From a candidate division FCPU426 bacterium (lineage in GTDB: Bacteria; Oederibacteriota; Muellerivitia; Muellerivitales; Muellerivitaceae), in assembly GCA_963796105.1 (NCBI GenBank), contig CAWCKJ010000004.1, positions 288,001 through 352,000 on the forward strand: a DNA stretch of 64,000 nt. The letters are read 5' to 3'. A model generated the notes under the pieces. That model did not search any database and had not been told where the DNA came from. It saw only the letters and a list, made by a program, of their open reading frames with translations. A program made the translations under genes and the position numbers. Below, one piece after another: positions 8,143 to 16,627 of the stretch; positions within the stretch are counted from its first letter, which is position 1; each line of letters begins with the position of its first letter.

Positions 8143-9126
8143 ATGATGGAAGAAATAAACCAAACCAACCTTGCCAAGCAAAACCATGTCACAGAAGATT
8201 TTTCCCCGTTGTTGGTGGTTGAGGGTTCACAATGGAAAGAGGTTTTAAATACATTCCTTGAAAGTTTAAGCCCGCGCACTAGGGTAGCCTACGGGGAGGC
8301 TTTTCAGGACTTCGCCGGATTTATAGGCATCCCCACCCCTGCCCAAGCGGTCTTTCATCTTTTCCGCCAAACCCCAGGTGAAGCTAACCGCCTGATTCTC
8401 TCCTACCGTTCCCACTTAACCACAAAGGGCCTTTCAAGCTCTTCCATCAATCAAAAGCTTTCGGCCATCCGTTCTTTAGTCCGTATGGCGCGGGCCTTGG
8501 GTGCAGTAATTGGTCTTTGGAAATTCCAGGCTTGAAGAAAGAAGCGGTCCGGGATACCAAAGGACCTGAGCTTGGGAGGGTTTAAGATGCTTTTGACTGT
8601 AGCGAATAACGAGCCCTCCCCTAAACGTGAAAGGGACACGGCCCTTTTACATTTGGCCCTTTCCTTGGCCTTGCGTCGAGCGGAAATGACTTCCCTGGAC
8701 CTTGGCGACGTGGACCTAGAGAAAGGTCTTTTAAGGGTTCAACGAAAGGGCAAACGTCAAAAGGTTGAGCTTCAAATACCCTCCGAAACCTTAGTGGCTT
8801 TGAAAGAATGGGTTTCCGTTCGTGGTCAAGTGGACGGGCCTTTCTTTTCCAACCTGGATCACCGGGGCCGGGGCCGTTTGACCGGCCAGGGCCTTTATTA
8901 CCTGCTAAAACAGCTTGGCGGCCAATGTGGGGTGGTTGTTCGTCCCCACGGCTTGAGACATACGGCCATCACCACGGCCCGGCAAGTAACCGGGGACCTG
9001 TACGCCACCCAAGTCTTCGCTGGTCATGCCGACCCCAGGACTACACAAACCTACTTTGACGACGACAAGAAGGAAGTGGCCGCGAAGGTATCACAGGCCG
9101 TAGCCTTAAAGGTGGCCTTGGCATGA
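8143..9126 (+). pseudogene. XerC-like tyrosine recombinase/resolvase, interrupted by two apparent compensating frameshifts
   Basis: N-terminal core-binding part 8143-8535; catalytic part 8572-9126 (LRRAE, K, HGLRH, GH, TQTY); linker WSLEIPGLKKEAVRDTKGP lies in another frame. Confidence 0.8.
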
Positions 9127-9359
9127 ACCCAAACATCTTAAAAGAATGGCTCACGAATCCCCCCGTGCTTCCCGAATGGCGGCCCCAAGACGCTAAAACA
9201 TTGAAAGAATGGCGGAAGAAAAATAAAATCGGTCCCGTGGCGTTGGCGAAAGTCTTGGGCGTTGGCTATACGGCCCTTTTCCTTTTGGAAAGCGGTCAAC
9301 GTAAACCAGGTGGCCCCATGCTTCGCCTATTACAGCTTTTAGGCGCGTGGAAGCCTTAA
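9123..9359 (+). CDS. XRE-family HTH protein
   Basis: LKEWRKK...LAKVLGV...LESGQRKP; ATGA overlap with the recombinase stop. Confidence 0.75.
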   Translation: MNPNILKEWLTNPPVLPEWRPQDAKTLKEWRKKNKIGPVALAKVLGVGYTALFLLESGQRKPGGPMLRLLQLLGAWKP

Positions 9360-9402
9360 GACAAAAATGCTTTTAATTCGGCTTTAACTTCCAGAGGTTC
9401 TT

Positions 9403-10215
9403 TTGATAAACGATATTTTTAACCTGGATAAAAAAAATAAGCGCCTGACTTTCAATGGGAAAACCTATCTTAATTTAACCAATCCTCAAATGCTCTGCTT
9501 GGAAGCTTTTAAAAAAGACCTCGATGACGGCGGAAAGGGTTTGCACGAGGATTACCTTGTTGAGATTTCAGGTAAATCCTTTGGGCGCGTAAAGGATATT
9601 TTCAAATCCATGAAAGGTTGGAATAACGTTATTAAAAAGGTTAAAACAAAAACATACAGCCTAAAATTAAAAAAGAAACCTTCCCTACTCAAAAATAGAA
9701 TAATGTTTGGTCGCGCAACACCGCTTCACGTATTTCAAGGCTATTTGAAAAAGATGATTACAAACGGAAGCAAACTTATGAAGAGCAATTTGAAAGGTAA
9801 CAACACAAAATACAGGCATGTTGACGTTACGCACTACAAAAGATTAGCCCTTGGACCCTATCTCCCCCCATCGGGCGATTACGTAGAACTTCGCCCTGTT
9901 AACAAAAAACGCAGGGAAAAATTTGAACGGCTATATTTTCGCTGGAGAAAAAACTGCTTTGACGCTTTAACCATGGCCCTAAGTGAAAATATTACTAAGA
10001 CCTATGAATCGTGGAGTAGGTCTTATAATCCGAAGAAAGGCTCATTCGGCGTGGACGGCCATTCCCAATATCTGGCTACTAGTATCTATGGCGGTGGGAA
10101 AAAAGCTTTAAAAACCGATGTTGATTTTTTTAAAAAACTACTTCAAGAAACAAAAACTATTCACTTATCCGATACTTTTCTCAGGAACCCCCGTCAAATA
10201 ATTGAATATCTCTAA
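9403..10215 (+). CDS. Hypothetical basic protein, possible N-terminal winged-helix-like domain
   Basis: 270-aa ORF, Lys-rich; GAGG upstream of TTG. Confidence 0.55.
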   Translation: MINDIFNLDKKNKRLTFNGKTYLNLTNPQMLCLEAFKKDLDDGGKGLHEDYLVEISGKSFGRVKDIFKSMKGWNNVIKKVKTKTYSLKLKKKPSLLKNRIMFGRATPLHVFQGYLKKMITNGSKLMKSNLKGNNTKYRHVDVTHYKRLALGPYLPPSGDYVELRPVNKKRREKFERLYFRWRKNCFDALTMALSENITKTYESWSRSYNPKKGSFGVDGHSQYLATSIYGGGKKALKTDVDFFKKLLQETKTIHLSDTFLRNPRQIIEYL

Positions 10216-10340
10216 ATAAAACTCATAACTCTTTAATCAGCTTCGTTCCCAATAATTTCCCAATCTCTTCCCAAAAATTCCAGCGGTTTTATACGACTAT
10301 TGCGGGTAGTGAAATTGACTAACCAGCAGGAGTTAACAAC

Positions 10341-10619
10341 ATGTCCCGAACGACGAGTTTAAAAACAGCAGTTTTGTGGTCAATATGCGCTAATGTTTCC
10401 CCTAATATTCTTCTTTCCCCCTACCCCACTGGCAATAACTGCGAAGTGATTTTTGACTTTTCCCATACGTTTGATAATAACGCCCTCTTCGTACTCCCCA
10501 ATACTCTTTCTTTTTTTCACAATTTATTGAGCAGTTATGAAGATTTAGGCCGCCTTCAACGGACCTGCCAAGTAGCTTGGCGCGAGTTTGGGGAGGGGGT
10601 TCGTCATGGAAGGATTTGA
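10341..10619 (+). CDS. Hypothetical protein
   Basis: AGGAG RBS before the ATG; overlaps the start of the next gene. Confidence 0.45.
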   Translation: MSRTTSLKTAVLWSICANVSPNILLSPYPTGNNCEVIFDFSHTFDNNALFVLPNTLSFFHNLLSSYEDLGRLQRTCQVAWREFGEGVRHGRI

Positions 10620-12606
10620 AAAGTTAGAACAAGTAAAACTCAAAATATTGAAGGAAATTTTTAGGCTAAAAGAAAAATCCAAAAGAGGGCAGTATCAAGA
10701 AGAAAAATTGGTTTGGTTGATCCATTCTTGTAAGTTATTCGGGTCTTTTCACAATTCCCCCGAACTCATCCAGAAATATCAAAGGCTACTTAACCGTTGG
10801 TATGACTATGAAGATAAACCTGACGAAAAAAGCCGACGAGAGATAGCGCGTATCGAATCCGAATTAAAAATTGTGGAAAAGGAGATGAAAAACGAAAAGG
10901 AAACGTTAGATAAAATGTATGAGGATGCCCCCACATCTCTCCCCTTGTGGTCCTTGGTCACGCCCGAAGAACAGGAAGAGATAACCCCACGCCGAATGAT
11001 TACAAAATCTGAGGGAAAAACAGAGGAATTAATTCACATCTTCGATGACCATGGCGGATGGGTTTTTCGGGACCAGTACAATACCCCTTTCGTCTATCTA
11101 CCTCCGGGGATTAATTCGCCGATTGAATCAGAGAATCTTGAGGCTTGGCTTAGACAAAAACACGGTGAAAAGTCCCTTTCCGACCAACAACTTAAGAATG
11201 TCAAAGGGAGTTTAAAGGGCCGGGCCTTTTCCGAGGGAAGCCCAGTTTATACCCTTTACACCAGAGTGGCGATTATTCGGAAATCCGAAGAGTTTGAGCG
11301 TTCGCCTTGGTTGTTTTGGGGAAGCACGGGGATGGACCCAGAACCCTGGATAATTTACTACGATCTGGGAGACGGACGCGCCGTTCGGATTACTTCTGAG
11401 GATTGGTCTATAGTGGTTCGCCCTCCGATTCTTTTCCGCCGATTCTCCCACCAACATCCACAAGTTGAGCCCAAACGAAGAAAAGGGGCCGATTATTTGG
11501 TTGAAGACGTTTTTAAGCTTTTGGATTTTGTCAATCTTCCAAGACTTCCATGGAAAAAAATTCCTTCAGGTGAAATAAAAGTATACAGCGACCAGGAAGC
11601 CCTTTTCCTGGTTTGGTTTATCGCGGCTTTCATACCGGGATTTCCCCACCCCTTTCTTGCTATCCACGGACCACAAGGAAGCGCGAAATCCACAATGATC
11701 AGGGTTATAAAGGAACTTCTCGACCCGTCCGCTATTCAAACCCTTTCCTTGACCACCCCGGATAACTTTGTCCTTCAAGCCCATTCCCATTGGTTCATCC
11801 CATTAGACAATCTTTCCCACATCTCCGGGGAGATGTCGGATCTTCTAAGCCGAGCTTGCACGGGAGATGGTATTTCCAAGAGAAAGTTATACACAGATGG
11901 GGACGAGTTCATTCTTTCCTTTCAACGGGTTATCGGTCTGAACGGAATCACCTTGGTGACAGCGGCGGCAGACCTATTGGACAGGGCTATTCTTTTTAAT
12001 CTCGACAGGGTTAGGGGAGATAGGCGGCAAACGGAAAAAGATATTTGGAAAAATTTCGAGAAAATGAAACCTTATATCCTTTGTGGTGTGTTCGACGTGT
12101 TGGTAGGTGTGCTTGATGATTTGGAAGAGCGAGAAAAGAACGAAAGAGAAGGCCGAACAAACAAGGACCTTCCCGCTGACCTATCCCGCATGGCCGACTT
12201 TCACCTTTACGGCTTAAAAATAGCCGAATGGCTAGGCTTGCGTAAAGAATTTGAGCGAGGTTACCGCTCCGCTATTCGGCAACAAAACGATGAAGCTATA
12301 GATGCTAACCCGCTTGCTCAAGTGGTCATATCGTTCATGAAGGACAAGACATTTTGGCAAGGTTCACCGACTGAATGCTTGAACGAGTTAAAAAACGAAG
12401 CGGAAAAAATGGGCATTGATACCAAAAGCAAGTATTGGCCCAAAGACTCATCTGCGCTTTCCCGTCGTCTTGAAAAGGCTAAAACGAATTTAGAAACTAT
12501 CGGCATTCGTATGGAACGGAGCAAAAAGGGGGAAAGGCTTATCAACCTAACCAAAGTCCCACTTAAACCAGAGGATGAAACGAATAATGACCATACAACC
12601 CATTGA
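10606..12606 (+). CDS. Replication-type P-loop ATPase/helicase (SF3/primase-associated-like)
   Basis: Walker A GPQGSAKST, Walker B FIPLDN, RKLYTD, LNGI, DLLDR, SRMADF; C-terminal wHTH-like region. Confidence 0.8.
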   Translation: MEGFEKLEQVKLKILKEIFRLKEKSKRGQYQEEKLVWLIHSCKLFGSFHNSPELIQKYQRLLNRWYDYEDKPDEKSRREIARIESELKIVEKEMKNEKETLDKMYEDAPTSLPLWSLVTPEEQEEITPRRMITKSEGKTEELIHIFDDHGGWVFRDQYNTPFVYLPPGINSPIESENLEAWLRQKHGEKSLSDQQLKNVKGSLKGRAFSEGSPVYTLYTRVAIIRKSEEFERSPWLFWGSTGMDPEPWIIYYDLGDGRAVRITSEDWSIVVRPPILFRRFSHQHPQVEPKRRKGADYLVEDVFKLLDFVNLPRLPWKKIPSGEIKVYSDQEALFLVWFIAAFIPGFPHPFLAIHGPQGSAKSTMIRVIKELLDPSAIQTLSLTTPDNFVLQAHSHWFIPLDNLSHISGEMSDLLSRACTGDGISKRKLYTDGDEFILSFQRVIGLNGITLVTAAADLLDRAILFNLDRVRGDRRQTEKDIWKNFEKMKPYILCGVFDVLVGVLDDLEEREKNEREGRTNKDLPADLSRMADFHLYGLKIAEWLGLRKEFERGYRSAIRQQNDEAIDANPLAQVVISFMKDKTFWQGSPTECLNELKNEAEKMGIDTKSKYWPKDSSALSRRLEKAKTNLETIGIRMERSKKGERLINLTKVPLKPEDETNNDHTTH

Positions 12607-12772
12607 AATAGCAATCGGCCAAGCCGCTCCCATCCTTGCCGAAGGTCGCTTACGAGCCAAACGGGACCAAGTACCCATGATGGAAGGCTTAAAAAGAGTA
12701 ATTACCGAAAAATTGAAAACCGCCCTTGAGAAAGCCAATAGTTCTTCATCGGAAACCAATAAGGAAAGTTAA
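12587..12772 (+). CDS. Small hypothetical protein
   Basis: GAGGA RBS; overlaps the helicase stop and the xis start (TAATG). Confidence 0.5.
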   Translation: MTIQPIEIAIGQAAPILAEGRLRAKRDQVPMMEGLKRVITEKLKTALEKANSSSSETNKES

Positions 12773-12999
12773 TGGAAACGCTACAACACCAGACTAAATA
12801 TTTAACCGTTAATGAGGCGGCGGCTTTCCTTGGTATCGCCGGGGGTACTTTAAGAAATTGGGTTTGCCGTTCCAAATATGAAGCCGATCCGATCCCCTTT
12901 GCCAAATTCACTTCAAGATGTTTGCGGTTCCCTGCTGAAAAATTGGAAGCTTGGGCGGGACGACGTAACACCGGGCCACAAAATGTTAAAGAGCTTTGA
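12772..12999 (+). CDS. Excisionase / HTH_17 DNA-binding protein
   Basis: YLTVNEAAAFLGIAGGTLRNW...IPF.K...LRF....LEAW; directly upstream of the integrase. Confidence 0.85.
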   Translation: METLQHQTKYLTVNEAAAFLGIAGGTLRNWVCRSKYEADPIPFAKFTSRCLRFPAEKLEAWAGRRNTGPQNVKEL

Positions 13000-13071
13000 A
13001 AAAATCTCTTTGGAAGCAAACCACTTTAATGATAGGCTCCCAGCGAGATAAGTTTTGAAAGGTCGAATCTA

Positions 13072-14346
13072 ATGGCTACTCTACAAACGAAGCCTGACAA
13101 GAGAAACGGCGGTATTAAGGCTTTCGCCGTCACTTCAACCATGAATAAGGGCAAACGTTCACGGCAATGGTTATATTTAGGGACATTTCCCACAACAAGG
13201 GAAGCCAAGCAGGTATTTAAGCGGGTTTCCGACAATTTAGGCCGTGAAAAAGTAAGAGAAATTACCCAAGAACGTTTAGACATTAAGATTATTCCCACCC
13301 TTACTGAAGCGGTCCCCCAATATTTTGGTGCAGTAGAGGGCATAAAACTAAATTCATCCAAGGGCCTGAAACCTTACCGCATTGCTTTAAGCCATACTTG
13401 CCGCTTCTTGGGTGATCTAAAACTACATGAATTGACACCCGCTAAAATCGAAGGGTACATTACCACCCGGCGCAAAGAAATCACTTATAGGGGCACTCCT
13501 GTTGGAATAAAGACCATTTCCAATGAGGTTGCCCAACTTTCAAGCCTTTGCGGTTGGGCGGTTAAGAATCAGATATTAAAAAGCCACCCCTTTAAGACAC
13601 CCCAGCAACTTCTTAAGGACTACTTCCCCAAGGTTGAGAAAAAGCCGAAGAATTACCTTAACCAAGAGGAACAAACGGCCATCTTAAAAGCTTCAGAGGA
13701 AAGCCCCTATGCCCAGGTTGTAACCCACCTGCTTTTGTATCTTGGGATACGCCAAGGTGAATTAGCCGGGTTGCGTTATGCTGACGCCGATCTAGCCCGC
13801 CGGGAAATCACGGTAAGGGCGGAAAAAACGAGCGATTACCGAATATTGCCCATCGTTGGGCCATTACTCCCAATATTAGAAAAGCTTAAAACCCATCGCC
13901 CCACTTATCGCCATTGGTATTCCAGGGAAGAAAAGCATAAGGTTTTTTTACTATGTGACGAAGAGGGCAGACCGATAGACCAACCTGGAAAACAATTATT
14001 CGTAAATCTTGCGACCAAAGCGGGATTAACCAAAAAGGTCCGGCCCCATACTTTCCGGCATTCATTCGTTTCAAACATGAGGGCGGCTGGTTTATCGCCT
14101 TATGACATCATGAGCCTAACGGGTCATAAGAACGTGAGCACCTTGGAAGGATACGGAGTAAATGCGCCAAAAGATTTATTGCAGAAAATGGAAAAAGCTT
14201 ATCCCGAAATCAAAACCCAGGTTGAAAAGGTAGATGAAAAGGTAGATAGAAGGTTTATCTGGTTGCAAAGCCCAATAAATACGGGCAAAAAAATGGCTGG
14301 GGCGGTAGGATTCGAACCTACGAATGCCAGATCCAAAATCTGGTGA
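13072..14346 (+). CDS. Tyrosine integrase; ORF reads through att into the tRNA antisense strand
   Basis: GIRQGE, EKT, HTFRH, TGH and EGY catalytic residues. Confidence 0.93.
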   Translation: MATLQTKPDKRNGGIKAFAVTSTMNKGKRSRQWLYLGTFPTTREAKQVFKRVSDNLGREKVREITQERLDIKIIPTLTEAVPQYFGAVEGIKLNSSKGLKPYRIALSHTCRFLGDLKLHELTPAKIEGYITTRRKEITYRGTPVGIKTISNEVAQLSSLCGWAVKNQILKSHPFKTPQQLLKDYFPKVEKKPKNYLNQEEQTAILKASEESPYAQVVTHLLLYLGIRQGELAGLRYADADLARREITVRAEKTSDYRILPIVGPLLPILEKLKTHRPTYRHWYSREEKHKVFLLCDEEGRPIDQPGKQLFVNLATKAGLTKKVRPHTFRHSFVSNMRAAGLSPYDIMSLTGHKNVSTLEGYGVNAPKDLLQKMEKAYPEIKTQVEKVDEKVDRRFIWLQSPINTGKKMAGAVGFEPTNARSKIW

Positions 14347-14368
14347 CTTACCGCTTGTCGACGCCCCA
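14294..14368 (-). tRNA. tRNA-Gln (anticodon TTG)
   Basis: TGGGGCG acceptor stem, GAC/GTC D arm, CCAGA-TTTTGGA-TCTGG anticodon arm, GTTCGAATC T loop, encoded CCA. Confidence 0.97.
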
Positions 14369-14507
14369 ATCAGGAAAAAAGGCCGCGAAACCATGAACGA
14401 AACAACCGGCGGGGGGCAGATAATTTAAATCGGGTCCTGCCCCTATTCAAGCCTCAAATTCGGCCCTCTTCTTGAGAAAGAAACCGGGCCCATGGTAGGC
14501 TCAGGCG

Positions 14508-14708
14508 ATGGAAAACTCCTCCCCCGAACCTGAAATCCAGAAGCTTCCTTCCCTGCTGGGTTCCAAAATCACAACCCAGGGTCCTGTTCACAGGGACCTC
14601 CAGGAATCCATCTTCTATACCTGCCCCCAATGCGGCCACTCGATGACCGCCAAGAAGTGCAAGATCGTCTGCCGCCATTGCCATTACTTTATCGGGTGTG
14701 TCGAATAA
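14508..14708 (+). CDS. Small Cys-rich zinc-finger protein
   Basis: CPQC..CKIVCRHC...C pattern; fills an intergenic gap. Confidence 0.6.
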   Translation: MENSSPEPEIQKLPSLLGSKITTQGPVHRDLQESIFYTCPQCGHSMTAKKCKIVCRHCHYFIGCVE

Positions 14709-14720
14709 TCCGGATTTTAA

Positions 14721-15731
14721 CTATTGTCCCTTCGGGGGATTCTTGCCGCCCCCGTATTCTTCCTTCCATTTTTCCGCCTCCGGAAATCCCTCCCTCAACT
14801 GTTCGAGAAAATTCAACACCGTTTTCTCGTAAACCAGGGGATCCAAGGTGGAAGTTTGCTCATGCCCCGCTTTCGGGAGCAGGACGAACCACGGATGCAG
14901 GGAGTCGCTTTGCCTGAACAGCCTCTGGACATCCGACGGCCGGGCCAAGTCATCCTCTTCCCCCACCAGATAAAGAACAGGAAGGCCCTTGAGGCTCCTC
15001 ACCACCGGAACCAAATCAAGGTCATCCGGGGTCAGGTTCAAGCCGGTAGCCCTGTCATAAGAGGATACGCACAGGCTGAGGAAACCCGGAAGCACCGCGA
15101 GGGGTCCCGCCAGCGTCCGTTTGGAGATGTAGTTCTTCAATTTTGGAAGGGGTGCGTCCGCGATGACCGCCTGGACATCAGACCCCTGGGTCCCAGCCCT
15201 CAAGGCCGCGATGGCCCCCAGGGAGAAACCGAAATAAACAACCGGTTTCGCCAGAAACTTCCGTGAGGCTAAAAAACGGGCTCCCGCCAGGTAATCCTTC
15301 GACTCAAACAGGCCGCCCGAGAGAACACTTTCTCCGCTGAGGCCGTGGCCCCGAAAGTCGAAAAGCAGGACCTGGTAGCCGCTTTGCACGAGGAACTCGG
15401 CTCGGGCCAATACCTGCTCCCGGTTCTTGAAAACCCCGTGGGAAAGAAGGATGGTTCCCCGGGGATTTTTTCCCTTCGCGGGAATCCACCATCCCGAAAT
15501 CGTCACGCCGTCATCCGCGGGGAAGGAAACGTTCTCGAAGGCAAATCCGTCCTTGGATGGGTCCGTGGTCAGGGCCAAGCGGGATTTAGCCTTTTCGGCG
15601 ATGGAAGTGGCCACTTTGCCCGGTAAGACGGCGTAAATGTAAGAAAGACATACCGCCAATAGGACAAGCGCAACGGATAAGAGCCAACCGCGCCACCCCA
15701 GTTTTTTTTTCTCTTTGGATAACCGTGCCAT
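14721..15731 (-). CDS. Membrane-anchored alpha/beta hydrolase
   Basis: SHG, FDFRGHG.S, GFSLG nucleophile elbow, GEEDD, AGH. Confidence 0.88.
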   Translation of the reverse strand: MARLSKEKKKLGWRGWLLSVALVLLAVCLSYIYAVLPGKVATSIAEKAKSRLALTTDPSKDGFAFENVSFPADDGVTISGWWIPAKGKNPRGTILLSHGVFKNREQVLARAEFLVQSGYQVLLFDFRGHGLSGESVLSGGLFESKDYLAGARFLASRKFLAKPVVYFGFSLGAIAALRAGTQGSDVQAVIADAPLPKLKNYISKRTLAGPLAVLPGFLSLCVSSYDRATGLNLTPDDLDLVPVVRSLKGLPVLYLVGEEDDLARPSDVQRLFRQSDSLHPWFVLLPKAGHEQTSTLDPLVYEKTVLNFLEQLREGFPEAEKWKEEYGGGKNPPKGQ

Positions 15732-15740
15732 GATTCAATT

Positions 15741-16625
15741 TTACCCAGACTTGATTTGAACCCCGGAAGAAATCGTTTGGGCTGTCATCAACGTGAACCC
15801 AGGGTCTTTTAATTTTTCAGCTATCTCCAAGGCATGCTTACCGGTTTTGGCGATCCCAAAAACAGTGGGTCCGCTTCCCGCCACCAAGGCGCCCAAAGCG
15901 CCCGCCCCAAAGATCTTATCCTTTAAATCCCTAAGCGAGGGCATTAAATAAAAGGAAGAGGGTTCCAGACCGTTGAACAAAGCCGCCCCCGCCGCGGCCC
16001 CATCCCCCTTTTCCCAGAGGGTTCTGAATTGCCGCGCCCTTTCTCCCGAGCTCAACAGGGCTTTGTCCGACCGGTAAACTTCCATGGTGGAAAGACCCCC
16101 GAAAGGTTTCACCAGCACCAGGGAATAGGAAACCCGTGAATCCCAGGTGGTGATGGTTTCACCCCGGCCCGTGCCAAAGGCTGTCCCCCCCTTGAGGAAA
16201 AAGGGGACATCCGATCCCAATTGGGACGCCATTGCGGCTAAGGCGTGATCCGGAAGCCCTGCCCCGAAAAGCAGATTCAATCCTACCAAAGCGGCCGCCG
16301 CGTCGGAAGAGCCTCCCCCTAAACCCGCCGCCAGGGGAATCCGCTTGTGAAGGCGCATCCGGACGCCGGCTTTATTTCTAAGGGCCGTTCCTATGAATAA
16401 TTTGGCGGCCTTGACCACCAGGTTGGAGTCGCCCGCCTCAAGGGGCGACGGGCTTTCCTCGATGGAAAGCTCCACGCCGGAATCCGCTTTTTCCAGGTCA
16501 AGATCGTCGAACAGGCCGATGGCTTGGAAAACCAGGGCAAGCTCATGGAAACCGTCGTTTCTTTTCCCAAGCACTTCCAGGACTGGATTGATCTTGGCCG
16601 GGGTTTGGACGCTAAGGGAGTTCAA
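15741..16625 (-). CDS. ispE: 4-diphosphocytidyl-2-C-methyl-D-erythritol kinase
   Basis: PAKIN.LEV.GKR.DGFHEL, KRIPLAAGLGGGSSDAA, GSDVPFF; probable TTG start at 16625. Confidence 0.95.
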   Translation of the reverse strand: MNSLSVQTPAKINPVLEVLGKRNDGFHELALVFQAIGLFDDLDLEKADSGVELSIEESPSPLEAGDSNLVVKAAKLFIGTALRNKAGVRMRLHKRIPLAAGLGGGSSDAAAALVGLNLLFGAGLPDHALAAMASQLGSDVPFFLKGGTAFGTGRGETITTWDSRVSYSLVLVKPFGGLSTMEVYRSDKALLSSGERARQFRTLWEKGDGAAAGAALFNGLEPSSFYLMPSLRDLKDKIFGAGALGALVAGSGPTVFGIAKTGKHALEIAEKLKDPGFTLMTAQTISSGVQIKSG

Positions 16626-16627
16626 AG

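Larger units (their letters stand above)
4871..14316. mobile_element. ~9.4-kb integrative element (satellite- or plasmid-like genomic island) in tRNA-Gln
   Basis: 23-bp direct repeats; tyrosine integrase and Xis at the tRNA end; helicase-like ATPase; iteron cluster; visibly more AT-rich than the flanks. Confidence 0.92.
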
